Shown: positions 26,367 to 39,657, counted from the stretch's first letter. The stretch is DNA of 64,000 nucleotides from Azolla caroliniana (GCA_043228905.1 JBHGNT010000014.1:11098001-11162000), one strand, 5' to 3'. Translations and numbers: made by a program. The notes: a model not told the origin generated them from the letters alone.

Positions 26367-27180
26367 TGTCGTTAAGATTTTCAGCAACGGTGTGAAAATT
26401 GTGTGTAATGAACGAACTCGAGAAGGTGCATTGTGCACACGCATATGTTAGCATGTTGTAACGAACGAACTCGAGAAGGTGAAAGGGGTGAAAGCCACAC
26501 ACATATGCTAGCATGTTGTAAATAGGACTGAAATGAGAATCATAAAAGAAAAGTTAGATGTAAAATTAAACATGTGCACGTGTGATGTGCGCTCAATTGT
26601 AAATATAAAAATAAGACTAAAGCCTAGTAACATTTAAGTGCATACGTAGGGGTGGAAGCAAGGCTTGAACCTTGCACCTCCAAGATAGGAGACAAATTAA
26701 CTTACCACTAAAGCCCCTACTAAGTGCTATAAAATTTGTATATTTTCTTTTCATATTTAGTATTTTGTAGGAAGCAAACATATAGAAACCGTTGGCACAA
26801 AACCATGGTTTTAGGCCAGGGTTTCAGCTCGTGGTTTTAGCCCATGGTTTCAACCCATGATTTTAGCCCGTGGGTTTAGCCCATGGTTTTTGCATGGAGA
26901 GACCTATAAAAGCCTATAGTTGGGCTTGGGTAGGGTAGGCAAGTGATGTAAGTAAAAAAGAAACTTTTAATCAAAGATCTGAGTTATCCTAATGGTGATG
27001 TATCTTGTCTTGTAAAACTAAAGTCAAGGGTTCAATCTCTATCTCAATCTTTCTTTCTCTTCATCCATCTATCTATCTTCAATACTTTCTTGCTTACACT
27101 ACTAAAAACATCGAATCCTTCCGGTCCAGGACCCCGGTGGTCCCGCTTCATTTCGCGAACACACGGGGATTTCCTCGACA
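26367..27180 (+). repeat. gypsy 3' LTR containing a tRNA-like cassette (26646-26720, minus)
   Basis: TGTCG...CGACA termini; purine tract before it; gtagggg/cccctac stem around A-box and T-arm-like motifs. Confidence 0.85.
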
Positions 27181-27785
27181 ACGTGGTGATGCATTTAACC
27201 TTTGTAATACATGTATCATTGACATTAGTGAGGTGGATATCATTGTGTATGACTTTACATTGACAAAAGTTGGATGTTTAAAGAAGACATAATAAAGTTG
27301 GATACACATAATAAAAGAGATATTACCATGTCTAGAAGATGTCTCAGATTGAAAGCGAACAAGATTGAGTGCACACAATTTGGAAACACCATTTGGTGAA
27401 AATAATTATTTGATTGGTACATTTGAAAATGAGGAGGAAGAGTCACAATTGTATATTAGCTATAGTAGTGATTCTCATAAAAGGAGTGATCATAGTGATG
27501 CAAATAACTCTTAAATTTGTATTTTTTGTTTAACAATATGTAACAAATTTAGACAACATTTTATTGAATGATATAAAAAATATTCTGTTTTTGAATTCTT
27601 TAAGATCTAAAAACTTATTGGTTGTCATTTTTCCTTAAAAATACACAAAGTTACTTTTCGTATTTGACCAAATTTTGGAATTTTCAATTTTACCAAATAG
27701 CAAAAAATGTGATACTAGTATCAAGGTGTTTTGTGAAATAGCAAAAACAACCGAAATCAAACAGAATATTCCTTATCCTTCCACT

Positions 27786-29520
27786 CGTGATCCTTCCACT
27801 TGTGAACGCGAACGTGTTTATACAAGTTCCGAGATTGAATATCTTTAAAATATACTCGAGAAATATCACTAGAATATACCCATCTAGAATATATCGTACA
27901 ATATTTCTAGAATATACTAACGACTAGAATATTCTGATTCTGAAATGCATTATACGCTAGATTATAGAATATTAAAATATTTTATACAAATGCATGCTTA
28001 TATCAAAATGGTTGAGCATGACATCTTGTTGATGTGAGGTTGTAGGTTCAATCCTCACCAACTATGTATTTCCTGTCATTGTGTCGTGCCATTATCCTCC
28101 CCTTTACGACTGCCTTTTCGAAAGCGTGATGTAGGGATGAGTGGGAGGTGGAGCACCGACAAGCATGAGAAACCATGTGTTTTCCTCACCAGAGACACGA
28201 ACACCAACAGACGTGAGCGACCATGTGTGGTCCTCACTGGAGACTAGGTGAGGGACCATGTTCGGTCCTCACCAGAGACTGGAACATTGACGGATGTGAG
28301 CAACCATATGTGGTCCTCATTAGACTCTACAACACTGATGGGCATGAGTGACCATGTGCGGTTCTCACCGGGAACTGGAACTTGAGCGACTATCTGTGGT
28401 CCTCACCAAGAATTGGAATTGGAACACGAACGGGTGTGGGCGACCATGTGTTGTTCTCACCGGGAACTAGAACAACAACGGGTGAAGGAGTGCAGGTGAA
28501 GTGGTTGGCCCAACTTCTTCTATCATGAGAGGGTAAATAGTCAAGTTTGACCCAAAACACGGCATAAACGGTAGTGCTAGCAAGAAACCGACGTGATCCC
28601 CACCAAGAAAGTGAGTGGTTGTGACCCTCACCAGAACTAGAAGGTGAGCGATCGAAATCGATCCTCATAAAATGGAAATGCAGTGAAATGTGGACCAAAA
28701 TGAAAATAGAGTGCAAGCGAGCAATAATTTGATCCCCACCAAGAAAGTGAGAGGTTGTAACCCCCACCTGAACTAGGAAGCTGAGCGATCAAAATCAATC
28801 CATGCAAAGTAGTGTTGATGACGATGAAGGTTGAGCGAAGTAGTGTTTCATGAAGACAAAATGAGGTGCTGAAAATGATGATGTTGAAGACAAGGCAACG
28901 AAGACGATGATGATGAGGAAGCGTCTCTAAAACCAAGGATGTTGATGACAGTAACTCTAGAAGCAAGGATTGTGACGATGGTAACTCTAGAAGCAAGGGC
29001 GGTGACGAAGACGGGTGATGATTCCAGTTGGAAGGGATTCAAACTATCACGGACACACCAAGCGCAGACTCGAACAGAGCACGGATGATGGGGCTACGAG
29101 CAATGAGCTGTGAACTTAGAGCTATAATTGATGAGGCTAGAAACTCAAGAACAACACAAGAGAATGAAGATAGAGGTGAAGATCAAGGAGATAAGATGGG
29201 GTGAAACGAGAATACTAGATTGATGTGTTAATGACTGGTGTTGAATCCCTGCAAAGGGACCAATGAGGTTACAAGTATTTATACAAGTTCCGAGATTTAA
29301 TATCTTTAGAATATACTTGAGAAATATCTCTAGAATATACCATACAATATTTCTAGAATATTTTGATTTTGAAATGTACTATACGCTAGACTATAGAATA
29401 CTAAACCATTATATACAAATGTATGCTTATATCAAAATGGTTGAGCATGACATCTTGTTGATGTGAGGTTGTAGGTTCAATCCTAACCAACTATGTATTT
29501 CATGTCAATATGTCGTGACA
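27786..29520 (-). mobile_element. non-coding TRIM/LARD-like LTR element, self-priming type
   Basis: 5' LTR 29045-29520; partial 3' LTR 27817-28091; PPT 28094-28105; ~950-bp non-coding interior with tandem repeats. Confidence 0.8.
27995..28070 (+). other. tRNA-like cassette within LTR (second copy ~29425-29497)
   Basis: AATGGTTGAG A-box-like, ACATC-ttgtt-GATGT stem, GGTTCAATCC B-box-like. Confidence 0.6.
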
Positions 29521-32290
29521 GAAAAACCGAAAAGGAAGACACTACATCAACATGAACACACAAATGAGTTGCTTGTTCCCTAGTGAAAAGCTAGACTAGA
29601 GCAAATTTTCATCTTGGAAGTACAAGATGAACAATAGTACCTAGTAGCCAAGGGTATTGGAGCTACATCAACGGTGCCCTCGAAAATAAACCTGACATCA
29701 CAAATGCCAACTACCCAACGTGGGAGCAAGGAGCAAGTTGGGTAATGTATTTTTTGGAAACATGTGTCCACAATCACATGCTTAGCCACATTCGAGACGC
29801 CAAGACACCTAAAGAAGCATGGAAGAACTTAAGGAAAATCTTCACCGCCAATATGATTGCCCGCAAACTTCAACTCTGGCAAGAGTTGAATAACATCTAG
29901 CAAAAAGACATGTCCATGTGGGATTACACATGCAATATCAAGAGTATCTGCAACTCACTTAGCTCCATCAACATAAATATTGAAGAGGAGAAATGATGCA
30001 AATGTACTTTGGTAGCCTCACACAACGGTTCGACCCAATATGGACGGCAATTTTGACGAAAGAAAACCTTCCTTCGTTCTTCAACATTCAATCAATGTTA
30101 TTAGTTGAACAGAACCATCTCCGAACTAAGAGCAAGATGTCGGAAGGACGGGTGTTCTTCTCAAATTCGGATGGTGGTCGAGGATGAGGTCGTAGTGGCA
30201 GAAGAGGTTGATTCAGCCAAGGAAGAGGAGGACGATTTGGCTGGAATCATGAAGGTAACTCAAACCTTTGGCAAGAAGACGGAAGCATACAAGAAATCTT
30301 TAGAAGAGGGGGGAGCTTCCATGTCGAACAGAGTCAACAAAATAGGCCTGTCAAATGTGATTACTGGGGGAAAATCAGGCATCATGAAGAGGAGTGACGG
30401 AAGAAAAGAGGCGAGTCAACAACTCACCAACTACACAACCAACTCCGACTTTGAAGACTACAATGGAATGTTCTTCATGCGACATAAGGATAACTCCATC
30501 TCGGCATCCGATTCCACCAACACCTCCAATTCAGAAGAAGTGTGGTTCGTTGACTCTGGTGCCTCAAATCATATTACGCCACATCAATAATGGTTTAGTG
30601 ACTTAAGAAGTCCGGATCAACCAGGCTACGTAGAGATGGGAGAAGGCCCCACACATCCAATTCGGCACATCGGCAATGTTCCTTTTGGCAATGAAAAAAA
30701 TAACACTTGCATTAAGAATGTTTTGCATGTTCCTACCATAACAAAGAATTTGGTCTCAGTCGACCAAATCATGGAGCAAGGCATGCAAGTCCGGTTAAAC
30801 AATGGAGACTGCTTCGTAGAAAAGAAGGGTCGACTCATCACAAGAGGAAGGAGAGAAGGACATATGTTTATTCTCGATTCGGACAAGGTAAAGATTGTCA
30901 TTTATGCCAAAGGTCTCAAGACTGAGATGGATATCGAGATGTGGCACAAGAGAATTGGCCACATCAATCTCCAACAGCTTCGGGGTATCCAATCGAAGGG
31001 AGTTGTCATTTGAAACAAAGCACGCGGAAAAGGTGTGTGAAGCATGTCAACTCGGCAAACAACATCGTCTCCCATTCCCAAAGGAAAGCCACGTAAGTAA
31101 CGGCCTCCTTAACGTGATCCACTCATATGTATGGGGGCCAGATCAAACGCCGACGATCGGAGGATGCCAGTATTACGTCACCTTTATCGGCGACTACTCA
31201 TGCTACACATGGATCTTTCCGATGAAGAAGAAGAGTGAAGTGTTGTCACACTTCCAAAATCTCAAGAGTTTAGTGGAAGAATCAATGGGTCGGCATATTC
31301 GGTGCCTACGATCAAATAGAGGGAAGGAGTACTTCTCCGATGAATTCATCTCCTATCTCCAAGGTTAGGGAATAAGGAGAGAATTTTCGTGCTGACACAC
31401 ACACCATCATAATGGAGTAGCCGAAAGGAGGAATCGACATACACTCAAGGTAGCACACGCCATGTTGCATGAGAAGCATATGCCAAAATTCAACTAGGCC
31501 GAAATGCCATCAATAGTCATCTACCTAGTGAATTAGTGCACCATTAATGGAGTGCATGAGCCAACTCCATACAAGACATACGTTGGAAGGAAGCCGATTC
31601 TATCACCCTTGAGACTGTTTGGAAGCATTGTGTATGTACACATCCCAAATGAAAAATGATAGAATCTCAACCCGAAGATGGAGAAATGCATCCTTGTAGG
31701 ATATTCAGCTGAGAAAAACCAATACAAGTGCTTCAACCCCTTTGCCTGAACGGTTCGGGTAAGTCAGGATGTTGTGTTTGACGAATCAACATCTTGGTAT
31801 GAACCCAATTCGGCTCCATCCGGCCTGACTGAGGAAGAGTCGAACATCAACTGGGATGAAGACATTGGGTTGAGGCCTATACCTAGTGAAAGTCCAAGCT
31901 CAACCATGATGAGTGGACCACAAGAGCCTCCAAGCAACGAAACCACATTGCAACCATGGGCCAGATCGGACAAAGGAAAAGTAAAGATGCCTCAATATGA
32001 TGTCGACCACCATGACGAAAGTCATTCGGATGTGTCGACTCGCTCACTACATAGTGAGTTTGGGGTACCCATTATGCAAACACTTGGCCTAAAGAAGACG
32101 CTTGGAGCTGCAAACGAAAAATTTTGATGCTTGTCCAGAGAGAAGAATGTGATCACTTGATATGGCTACAACGAGTTCATGGCACACCACTATACCTTCA
32201 TGATGAAGGTAGTGGGTGAACAAGAGTACGAACACTTTACAGAAGCGGTTTGTAACCACCGATGGATGGAAGCCATGGACGAAGAAATTC
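29521..32290 (+). mobile_element. degenerate Ty1/copia gag-PR-IN fragment (similar to 11322-13502)
   Basis: KTPKEAWKNL gag, WFVDSGASNH, MWHKRIGHIN, CEACQLGKQ, W.EAMDEE. Confidence 0.9.
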
Positions 32291-33590
32291 AAGCGCTATC
32301 ATCATCCGCCATAGGAATTGGATTAACATCTACTAGATCACCATTTGAAGAGGAACTCGACCTTTCCACCTTGTCAATGTCCTCAATGGTTTGGTTCTCC
32401 ATTAACACTACGTCACGACTCCTGATAAGCTTCTTTCCCAGAGGATCATAACACTTATAACCAAAATCATCTTGACCATATCCAATAAAAAATGCATTGT
32501 TTAGATTTAGCATTTAACTTCAATATTTCATCCTTGGGTATATGTACAAAACGCTTACACCCAAACACACATAAGTAATCATAAGAGACATCCCTACCAT
32601 ATCACACTCTATTTGGTACATCACCTTGCAATGCAGTAGTAGGAGAAAGATTAATTATATGCGCAACAATATTCAAAGCCTCACCCCAAAATGATTTGGG
32701 TAACTTCGCATCTTAGAATAAGCACCTAACTCTTTCAACTAGGGTTCTATTCATTCTTCCAGCCAAACCATTTAAGTGGGGAGTCTTTGGAGGGGTTCTT
32801 TGATGTTTGATACCTTGCTCTCAACAATATGCATCAAAAGATCCATAGTATTCGCCACCATTATCGGTGTGAATACATTTTAGTTTCTTCCCTGTCTCTC
32901 TCTCAACAGAAACATGAAACTCTTTAAAAACATCAAATATTTTATCTTTTGACGTCAACATTCGAACCCAATGCTTCCTACAATGATCATCAATGAAAGT
33001 AACAAAATTAAGTGCTCCACTTATTTACCTTACCTTCAAGGGTCCACACACATCGGAATGCACTAGCTCGAGTACACTTTCTTGTCGAAGAGAAGAATGC
33101 AGAAAGGAAACCCTCTTAGCCTTCCCTACCAAACAATGATCACATCTATCGAATTTTACATCTTTTAAACCTAGTAGTGCGTTTTTCTTAGCTAGAAAGT
33201 CAAGTCCCCTTTCACTAATATGGGACAATCTCTTATACCACAATTTTGAAACATTTGGATTCTCAACTGCATTGACAAAGTCAGTGGAGATAGAAGCTTG
33301 CAAAAGATATAAACCATTGTGACAACATTTATTAGCTTTAGCAACAATCAAACCCTTAGAGATTTTCTACTTACCATTTTGAAACGCATGGCTGTAGCCC
33401 TCGTCATCTAATGTACATGTGGAGATTAGATTCAATTTAATATCGGGCACCTGTCGTACTTGATGTAGAATCAACTTAAATCCCGTGTTGGTTTGCAAGC
33501 AAATGGTTCCTGTGCCAATTACCTTTGCGAATCCATCATTCCCCATCTTCACAACACCATAGTCACCTCGAGTGTAAGATGAGAAAAAGA
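32291..33590 (-). mobile_element. Tnt1-like copia PR-IN fragment
   Basis: KMGNDGFAKVIG, LWYKRLSH, LELVHSDVCGP, FIGYGQDDFGY, SRDVV. Confidence 0.88.
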
Positions 33591-34249
33591 TGATCTCATC
33601 ATAATGTCCATCATAATATCCATCATAATAATATTATCTTAATATCCATCATAGAGTTCCATTACATAATGTGGATCAAGCAACAACCAATCAGAGGTTT
33701 TACTTGTCCAAATAGATCATAGAAAATCTTCATAATATTTTCTAGGAAAATAGCTAACAGTCATATCCCAATAATCAGTAACTAGCAGTAATTAGCTCCA
33801 ATTCAAGAGCCCCTTGACCGAGTAACTGGTCTTGTCCCCAATGGTGACCCCTTCTTCAGCCTTTCTCTAGCCAGTTGCCCATTTAGCCTTGCTTCTTTCA
33901 CCCACTGAGCAAATGTGTCCTCCTCCGACAACCTTTCCATCGCCTCAGCAACGGTTTGCACGTCAGTCGTGTCTTGCGCTAACTTTTAAAGCACAGTGGG
34001 ATTTGGTGGGACATCATCAGTAGTTGGGCTCGGTGGGGTTGAATCAAGGTTTTGGGATTTGAAGAAATGTTGCATCAAGTGTTCAAAAACATTGTTGTTA
34101 TGAACCTCAGATTTGAACACTTATAACCAAAATAAATATTCGTAAAAATAAAATAAAAAAGTTCATACTTTTTAGTTTTTTAATATATCATATAACAAAG
34201 AGACTTTTACATTAAATAGGGGATATTTAACTTCACATTAGAAAGGAGA

Positions 34250-35340
34250 CTTACACTAAATAATATTTTTATAATATAGATGAAAAACTTAAAAGCTTTT
34301 TTTTTTTTAATAAATAAAAGGTTAATTAGTTCCCCACTTTTTACTCTCCCACAAATTTTGATATTTTTATCTATTATTAAAAGGGGACCTCGCACTAATA
34401 TTCTTATAATATAGATGAAAAACTTAAAACCTATTTTATTTTTAATAAATCATAATAAATAAAAGGTTAATTATTTCCCCACTTTTTACTCTCCCACAAA
34501 ATTTGATATTTTTATCTATTATTAAAAGGGCACCTCACACTAATATTCTTATAATATAGATGAAAAACTTAAAAGATATTTTATTTTTAATAAATAATAA
34601 TGAATAAAAGGTTCATTAGTTCCCCACTTTTTACTCTCCCACAAAAATTGATATTTTTATATGTTATTAAATGGGGACCTCACACAAATAATATTTTTAT
34701 AATATATATAAAACTTAAATTATTTGTTTTATAATTTAATAAAACAGAGAATAAATAAAAATATCTAAATAAATAAAAGTTACCCATAAATTTCATATTT
34801 TTATCTCACACTAATAATATTTTTAGAATAGATATAAAACTTAAATGTATTTTTTTTATTTCTTAATAAAGCAACCCCCCGAATATTCTTTCACGAAATG
34901 AACCATCTTTCTCTGGTTTATGAGTCTTGTAATGCAACGTAGAAGGTTAATCAACTTGCCCAGGTCTCCATTCCATTAGGTAATTTTTTAGAATAGATAT
35001 AAAACTTAAATGTATTTGTTTTATTTCTTAATAAAGCAAAAAATAAATAAATAAAATTTTTAAGTAGAATAAATAAAAGGTTCCAATAAATTTTCATATT
35101 TTTATCTCACATTAAAAAGGGGACCTCACACTAATAATATTCTTATAATAGATGAAAAACTTAAAAGTATTTGTTTTATTTTTAATAAAACAATAAAAAT
35201 AAAAAATAAATAAAAGGTTCATTAATTCCCTACTTTTTACTCTCTTGATATTAAAAAGGGACCTCACACTAATAATATTTGTATATAATATATCTAAAAA
35301 TATTTATTTTTTTAAATAATAAATAATAAATAAATAAACG
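34250..35340. repeat. AT-rich ~140-150 bp degenerate tandem repeats
   Basis: Recurring ataatatagatgaaaaacttaaa, ccccactttttactctcccac and ggggacctcacactaata units. Confidence 0.85.
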
Positions 35341-35499
35341 AATGGTTCTACAATATTCTTGGGGTCATTTCATATTCTCGAATATTACGAATATTACGAA
35401 TGTTGAATACTACGAATATCACACATGGATCAATCTATGGTCGTAGGTATGCGAACATAGTAGTAGTTTTGTCCTCTACGCCTAAGCCGCAAGCGATGC

Positions 35500-37620
35500 A
35501 ACATGCTTGAACTGTCAATATATCATTGCCTGGTTCTCCTTCGTTTGGTAAGGGAGCAAGAATGTTGAGGTCCAATTCTTGTCTTCTCCTTACCATCCCC
35601 TCCACAAAATGTAGTTGCTTCTTAAGGCAGCTAACTACCTGTTCTTGACGGGAGTATTGTTCCTACAACGCGGCCTAGAAATTTACCGATTTATCATTCC
35701 TTAATGAGGAAGATAGAACAACAAGAAACAAGAATCATTAACTTACTTGGAGGTTCTGCAAATTGTAATCAACGATAGTATTTACACCTAGAAGGTCCAA
35801 GTTCATTGAAAGAACCTGGATCTCTGTCTACAGTTGTATTTTCTATCGAGGATCTAGCAACCGCTCAATTTCGAGCTCATGTTGAGAAATATGTTCCAGA
35901 TAATGCCTCACTAAGCACATTTTCATGTACAAGTTAGTTATAACATGTTACATGCTAGCAAAACAATAGCTAGCTGAATCTTATTTCTGAATGTTGTCAC
36001 TACCAAAGTGACTTTGCTCTCCATCACAGCAACCAATGTTGCTTTCTCTAAATCAGTCTTTGTTGGCTCCAATGCCTCACAGGCTTCATGGACATTTTTC
36101 AACATATATCTAATCAATGTCTCACTTGTATCATTGACATTGGCTTTCATTGTGTTTCAGTGTGGTGTAAACTTGCGGGTTTGTTGGGAGTCGGCAGTTG
36201 CATCATCAACTGCCATGCTCCAAAATCTTGCCATTTTTTGTTGCAAGCTCCCCATCTTCCAGCATCGTTCTACTGATGCCTCACCATAAATAGTCCAAGC
36301 TACCATGTACATTTCAGGGTTCGTTGCTTCCTTCATTGTTTTGCAATACTCGTATGCAAAAGCTCGGGCGAATGCAACAGACAAGTTGTTGATCGGGATC
36401 TTTTGATGTACTTTCTGGTGGAACCTCATGCAGTCATCATACAGATCTGGTCGTACATGCTTGAGCTTCACCTTGCCTTTCACTTTGTGCACTTTATAGA
36501 CTGACAACTAGTCTATATCACTAATCAATTTATCTGTTAGAACAATAGGGTCAATACCCTCTAGCGACATACCATATATGTTGTTAAAGTCCTCCTTTGT
36601 CTCGCAAAACTTTGCAAAGTCCAACACTCTAGGATATGGAGGAACAAGCCACCTGAAATAAAAAATCAATACATGTTGCCTCTTCTCTACTATGACATGT
36701 GTATTTAGAACCATAATTGGTAGGGAAGAATCAAAAATAAAAAATTAGCCACATTCACTCAAATCCTAAATCAAGTTTGGGGGAAGTTTGCAGACACACA
36801 ACCATTGAAATCAGAAACGTGAATTGGTGCAAAATTCCACACTAAATCTGAAATTTTCAATAGTAATCAGAAATCAACCACTTAAAAAATCAAAAACCCT
36901 ATTCGGAAACCTTAATCAGAAATCAACCGCTTAAGGAAATCAGAAACCCTAATTTGAAATATGTATGAAATCAACCCTAATCATAATTGGTAGGGACGAA
37001 TCAAAAATAAATAAAAACTGCCACATTCACCCAAATCCTAAATCAAGTTTGGGGAAAGTTTGTAGACACAACCATTGAAATCAGAAATGTGAATTGGTGC
37101 AAAATTCCAACACTAAATCTGAAATTTTCAATAGTAATTAGAAATTAACTGCTTAAAAAATCAAAAACCCTAATCAGAAACCTTAATAAGAAACCGTAAT
37201 CAGAAATCAACTGCTTAAGGAAATCAAAAACCTTAATTTGAAATATGTATGAAATCAACCCTAATCAGAACTTTTGTCAATCAGAAACACACATGCTGCT
37301 ACACCCCAATCTTCGAGACATCCTTGTTTGGGACTCCAACGACTTCGCCCTAATCACTTTTCATAAAAGATGAACATGCAACAAAGTTACAGTTAGCAAA
37401 AAGTAAAAAAAAAAGATTTTTTAATGTGTAACTGATACATACTTGGACGAGGATCGAATTGGTGGTGTTGTAGCTCTAAAGGTGCAATGTCGATATCAGA
37501 GTTTTTGTGTTGTTGCGGAAGCTTCATCTGCGTTCGTACTTGATATATTTAGATTTCGAACTCAAACTCACCCTAAACAGGAATTTGGTGACATTCAAGT
37601 CGAGTTTAGATGAGGGCATT
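35500..37620 (-). pseudogene. uncharacterised intron-containing gene relic, probably TE-associated
   Basis: Collinear ORFs 36508-36714, 36157-36507 and 35938-36150 separated by single stops or small breaks; acceptor ttcag near 36654; coiled-coil-like C-terminal part; boundaries approximate. Confidence 0.5.
36712..37265. repeat. ~270-bp tandem duplication with aaccctaat motifs
   Basis: cataattggtaggga at 36712 and 36982 with collinear sequence after each. Confidence 0.88.
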
Positions 37621-37824
37621 GTTCCCCAAGCTCCACTACGTCAGAAACCAAAATTCAAATTTTTGAGTATTCTCATAAATTAAATGGCATGTATTTAAAT
37701 GACATGTATTTATCTAATAAAGCATAAAATTTCATAAATGATCCTTATGATTTGCCCACAAAAAACTAGCTAAACAAATAGCTAAATAGCTATGGCCATT
37801 TTAGCAGCTAATTAGCTATAATAG

Positions 37825-38075
37825 TGTTTCCACTCGCATGCTTTTACCCCTTTGGATTATTCTAGATCATTCTAGAATATTCCATGATTAATATCGTAAA
37901 TATCTAAAATATTCTAGAATATTCTAGAATACTCTATAAAGACATATAAATAGGTGTATACTAATTCATCAGAACTCATTTCGTTCAACATCAGTCTTCA
38001 GCCCCTTAGCCTACTCTTTGTAACCGTTGTTCTCTTATAATATAAACCTTTTTTTGTTCCAATCTTCTTTCTCTC
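37825..38075 (+). repeat. LTR fragment related to 45555-46020
   Basis: tctagaatattc repeats, TATAAATAG, then ttcgttcaac as in the 45.5-46 kb LTR. Confidence 0.6.
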
Positions 38076-39330
38076 TCTCTACCTTCTATCGTCATCTTTT
38101 CCAAAAGATCTCGAAAAATGTCATTTTCCATGTGCTAACAAATTGTTGGTGCTTTTGGCATAACAATATACTCAAAATGTCCATATCGGGTACCAAAAGT
38201 TGTCTTCCACTCATCTCCTGGCCGGATACGTACAAGGTTATATGCACCTCATAAATCGATCTTTTTAAAATATCTTGCACCATTAATCATTTCTAAAATA
38301 TTAGAGATCACGGGAAGTGCATACCTATTCCTGAGAGTAACTTTATTCAAACCCCGATAATCCATGACTATGTGAAGTGATCCATCTTTTATCTTTACAA
38401 AGAAAATGGGTGCACCGCTATAGATTTTGAATGTCCAATGAACCTGTTTGCCAAGTTTTCCTCTATGTAGGCTCGAAGAACCTCAAGCTCTGTTGGTGAC
38501 AAATTGTAGATTGGGCCCCATGGTGGCTCTTTTCCTGGTTGTAAATCAATGGGACAATCATACAATCGATGTTGTGGAAGTGTATTTGCTTTTACCTTAT
38601 CAAAAACATCAGCATAATCATAATACTTTTTTGGAAGTTGAATTGTTGACTTTGCCTCAGTGACACTAGAAGACTTTATTGATACTGCAAAAAAAACATT
38701 GCTTCCTTTCTTCCCTCCTTACGTAATTGATGTAGCGAAATGCATTAATGATCCTTTTTCCAACAAAGGTCAAACCATGCTAATTTTGTACCACTAAATA
38801 ATATGTCTACTAACCCCACTCGTGACGCATCAGTTGGATATCAAGAAGGATGCATTTGAATTGCCAATTGTACTTGGTTGAGGAACCCTCTAAACTGTGA
38901 CCGCGTTCCATAAAATTTCATGGGACGGCCAACCTTGGGTTCCTTAAGGATTCCTTGAGTACCCGTTCCTTGTTGTTGTAACAAGATAATAGTTGCTTCC
39001 AATTGTTGTACTCGTAATACCCAGTCCCTATGGTGTGGTTGCATTTGTTGCTTTTCTATGGTGATTTGTTGAAGATCCCCCAACAAACGTTGATTTTCTT
39101 GTTCTAGTGCTACGAACTTTTCTTTCAAGCACTGAAGCTCTGAAAAGACAAATTGGTATTCGTGTGCACTAACATTCACCATTAGAGTCAAGAGGAAGGA
39201 ATGATAAGAGGATAAAATTCGGTTCAAACTGTCAGGAGTAGTACCAGAGACAGAGAGGATTAGTATTAGAGATAGAAAAGAGAGAAAAAGACAATTATTG
39301 TCAAGATTAATATGTGAGTTTGAGTATTTA
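38076..39330 (-). mobile_element. Tf1/sushi-like (Tcn1-type) gypsy fragment: LTR end, PBS, gag, RT
   Basis: gag EPKVGRPMKFYGTRSQFRGFLNQ; [30 protein letters not shown]; LTR end at 39230. Confidence 0.85.
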
Positions 39331-39543
39331 ATCATTTGATTCATTCATAAACATCATTTAATTAAAACCCATTAGAGAGTCATTGGTACATTCAAGATTA
39401 TGTACTAAATAAAGTGTACTAAGGTCTAAGAAAAAAGTGTCCTAAAGTCAAAGAAACTCTCTCTTAGGTCTAACTAACTAACCTTAAGCTTACCAACCAT
39501 GGTTAAAGTAATTGTGGTTACTTTAACCACAGTGGTCAATCCC

Positions 39544-39551
39544 TATAAATA
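39544..39551 (+). promoter_or_regulatory. TATA box of ParB-methyltransferase gene
   Basis: TATAAATA 114 nt upstream of ATG 39658, which is followed by a GTAAGC donor. Confidence 0.55.
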
Positions 39552-39657
39552 GGAAGACCCCCTCATTTCGCAATCACTCACGCAGAACAGAACACACGAG
39601 CGCACATAGCCTAGAGCACCAATCGTCATCTCCCCATTAGCATCGACGACGAGAATC

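Larger units (their letters stand above)
15490..27180 (+). mobile_element. degenerate non-chromovirus Ty3/gypsy (RT-RH-IN, 3' LTR 26367-27180), split by nested insertions
   Basis: RT start ILEPSNAPYSN..DLQPVNKV continues at 23701; FLDDIPIKG; H..TF.KLKEKYWWP..CETCQ; WADRTT, FGPY; 3' LTR followed by acgt. Confidence 0.9.

Noticed and set aside
36890-37270. Interstitial telomere
   Set aside because: Only isolated aaccctaat motifs, no tandem TTTAGGG array
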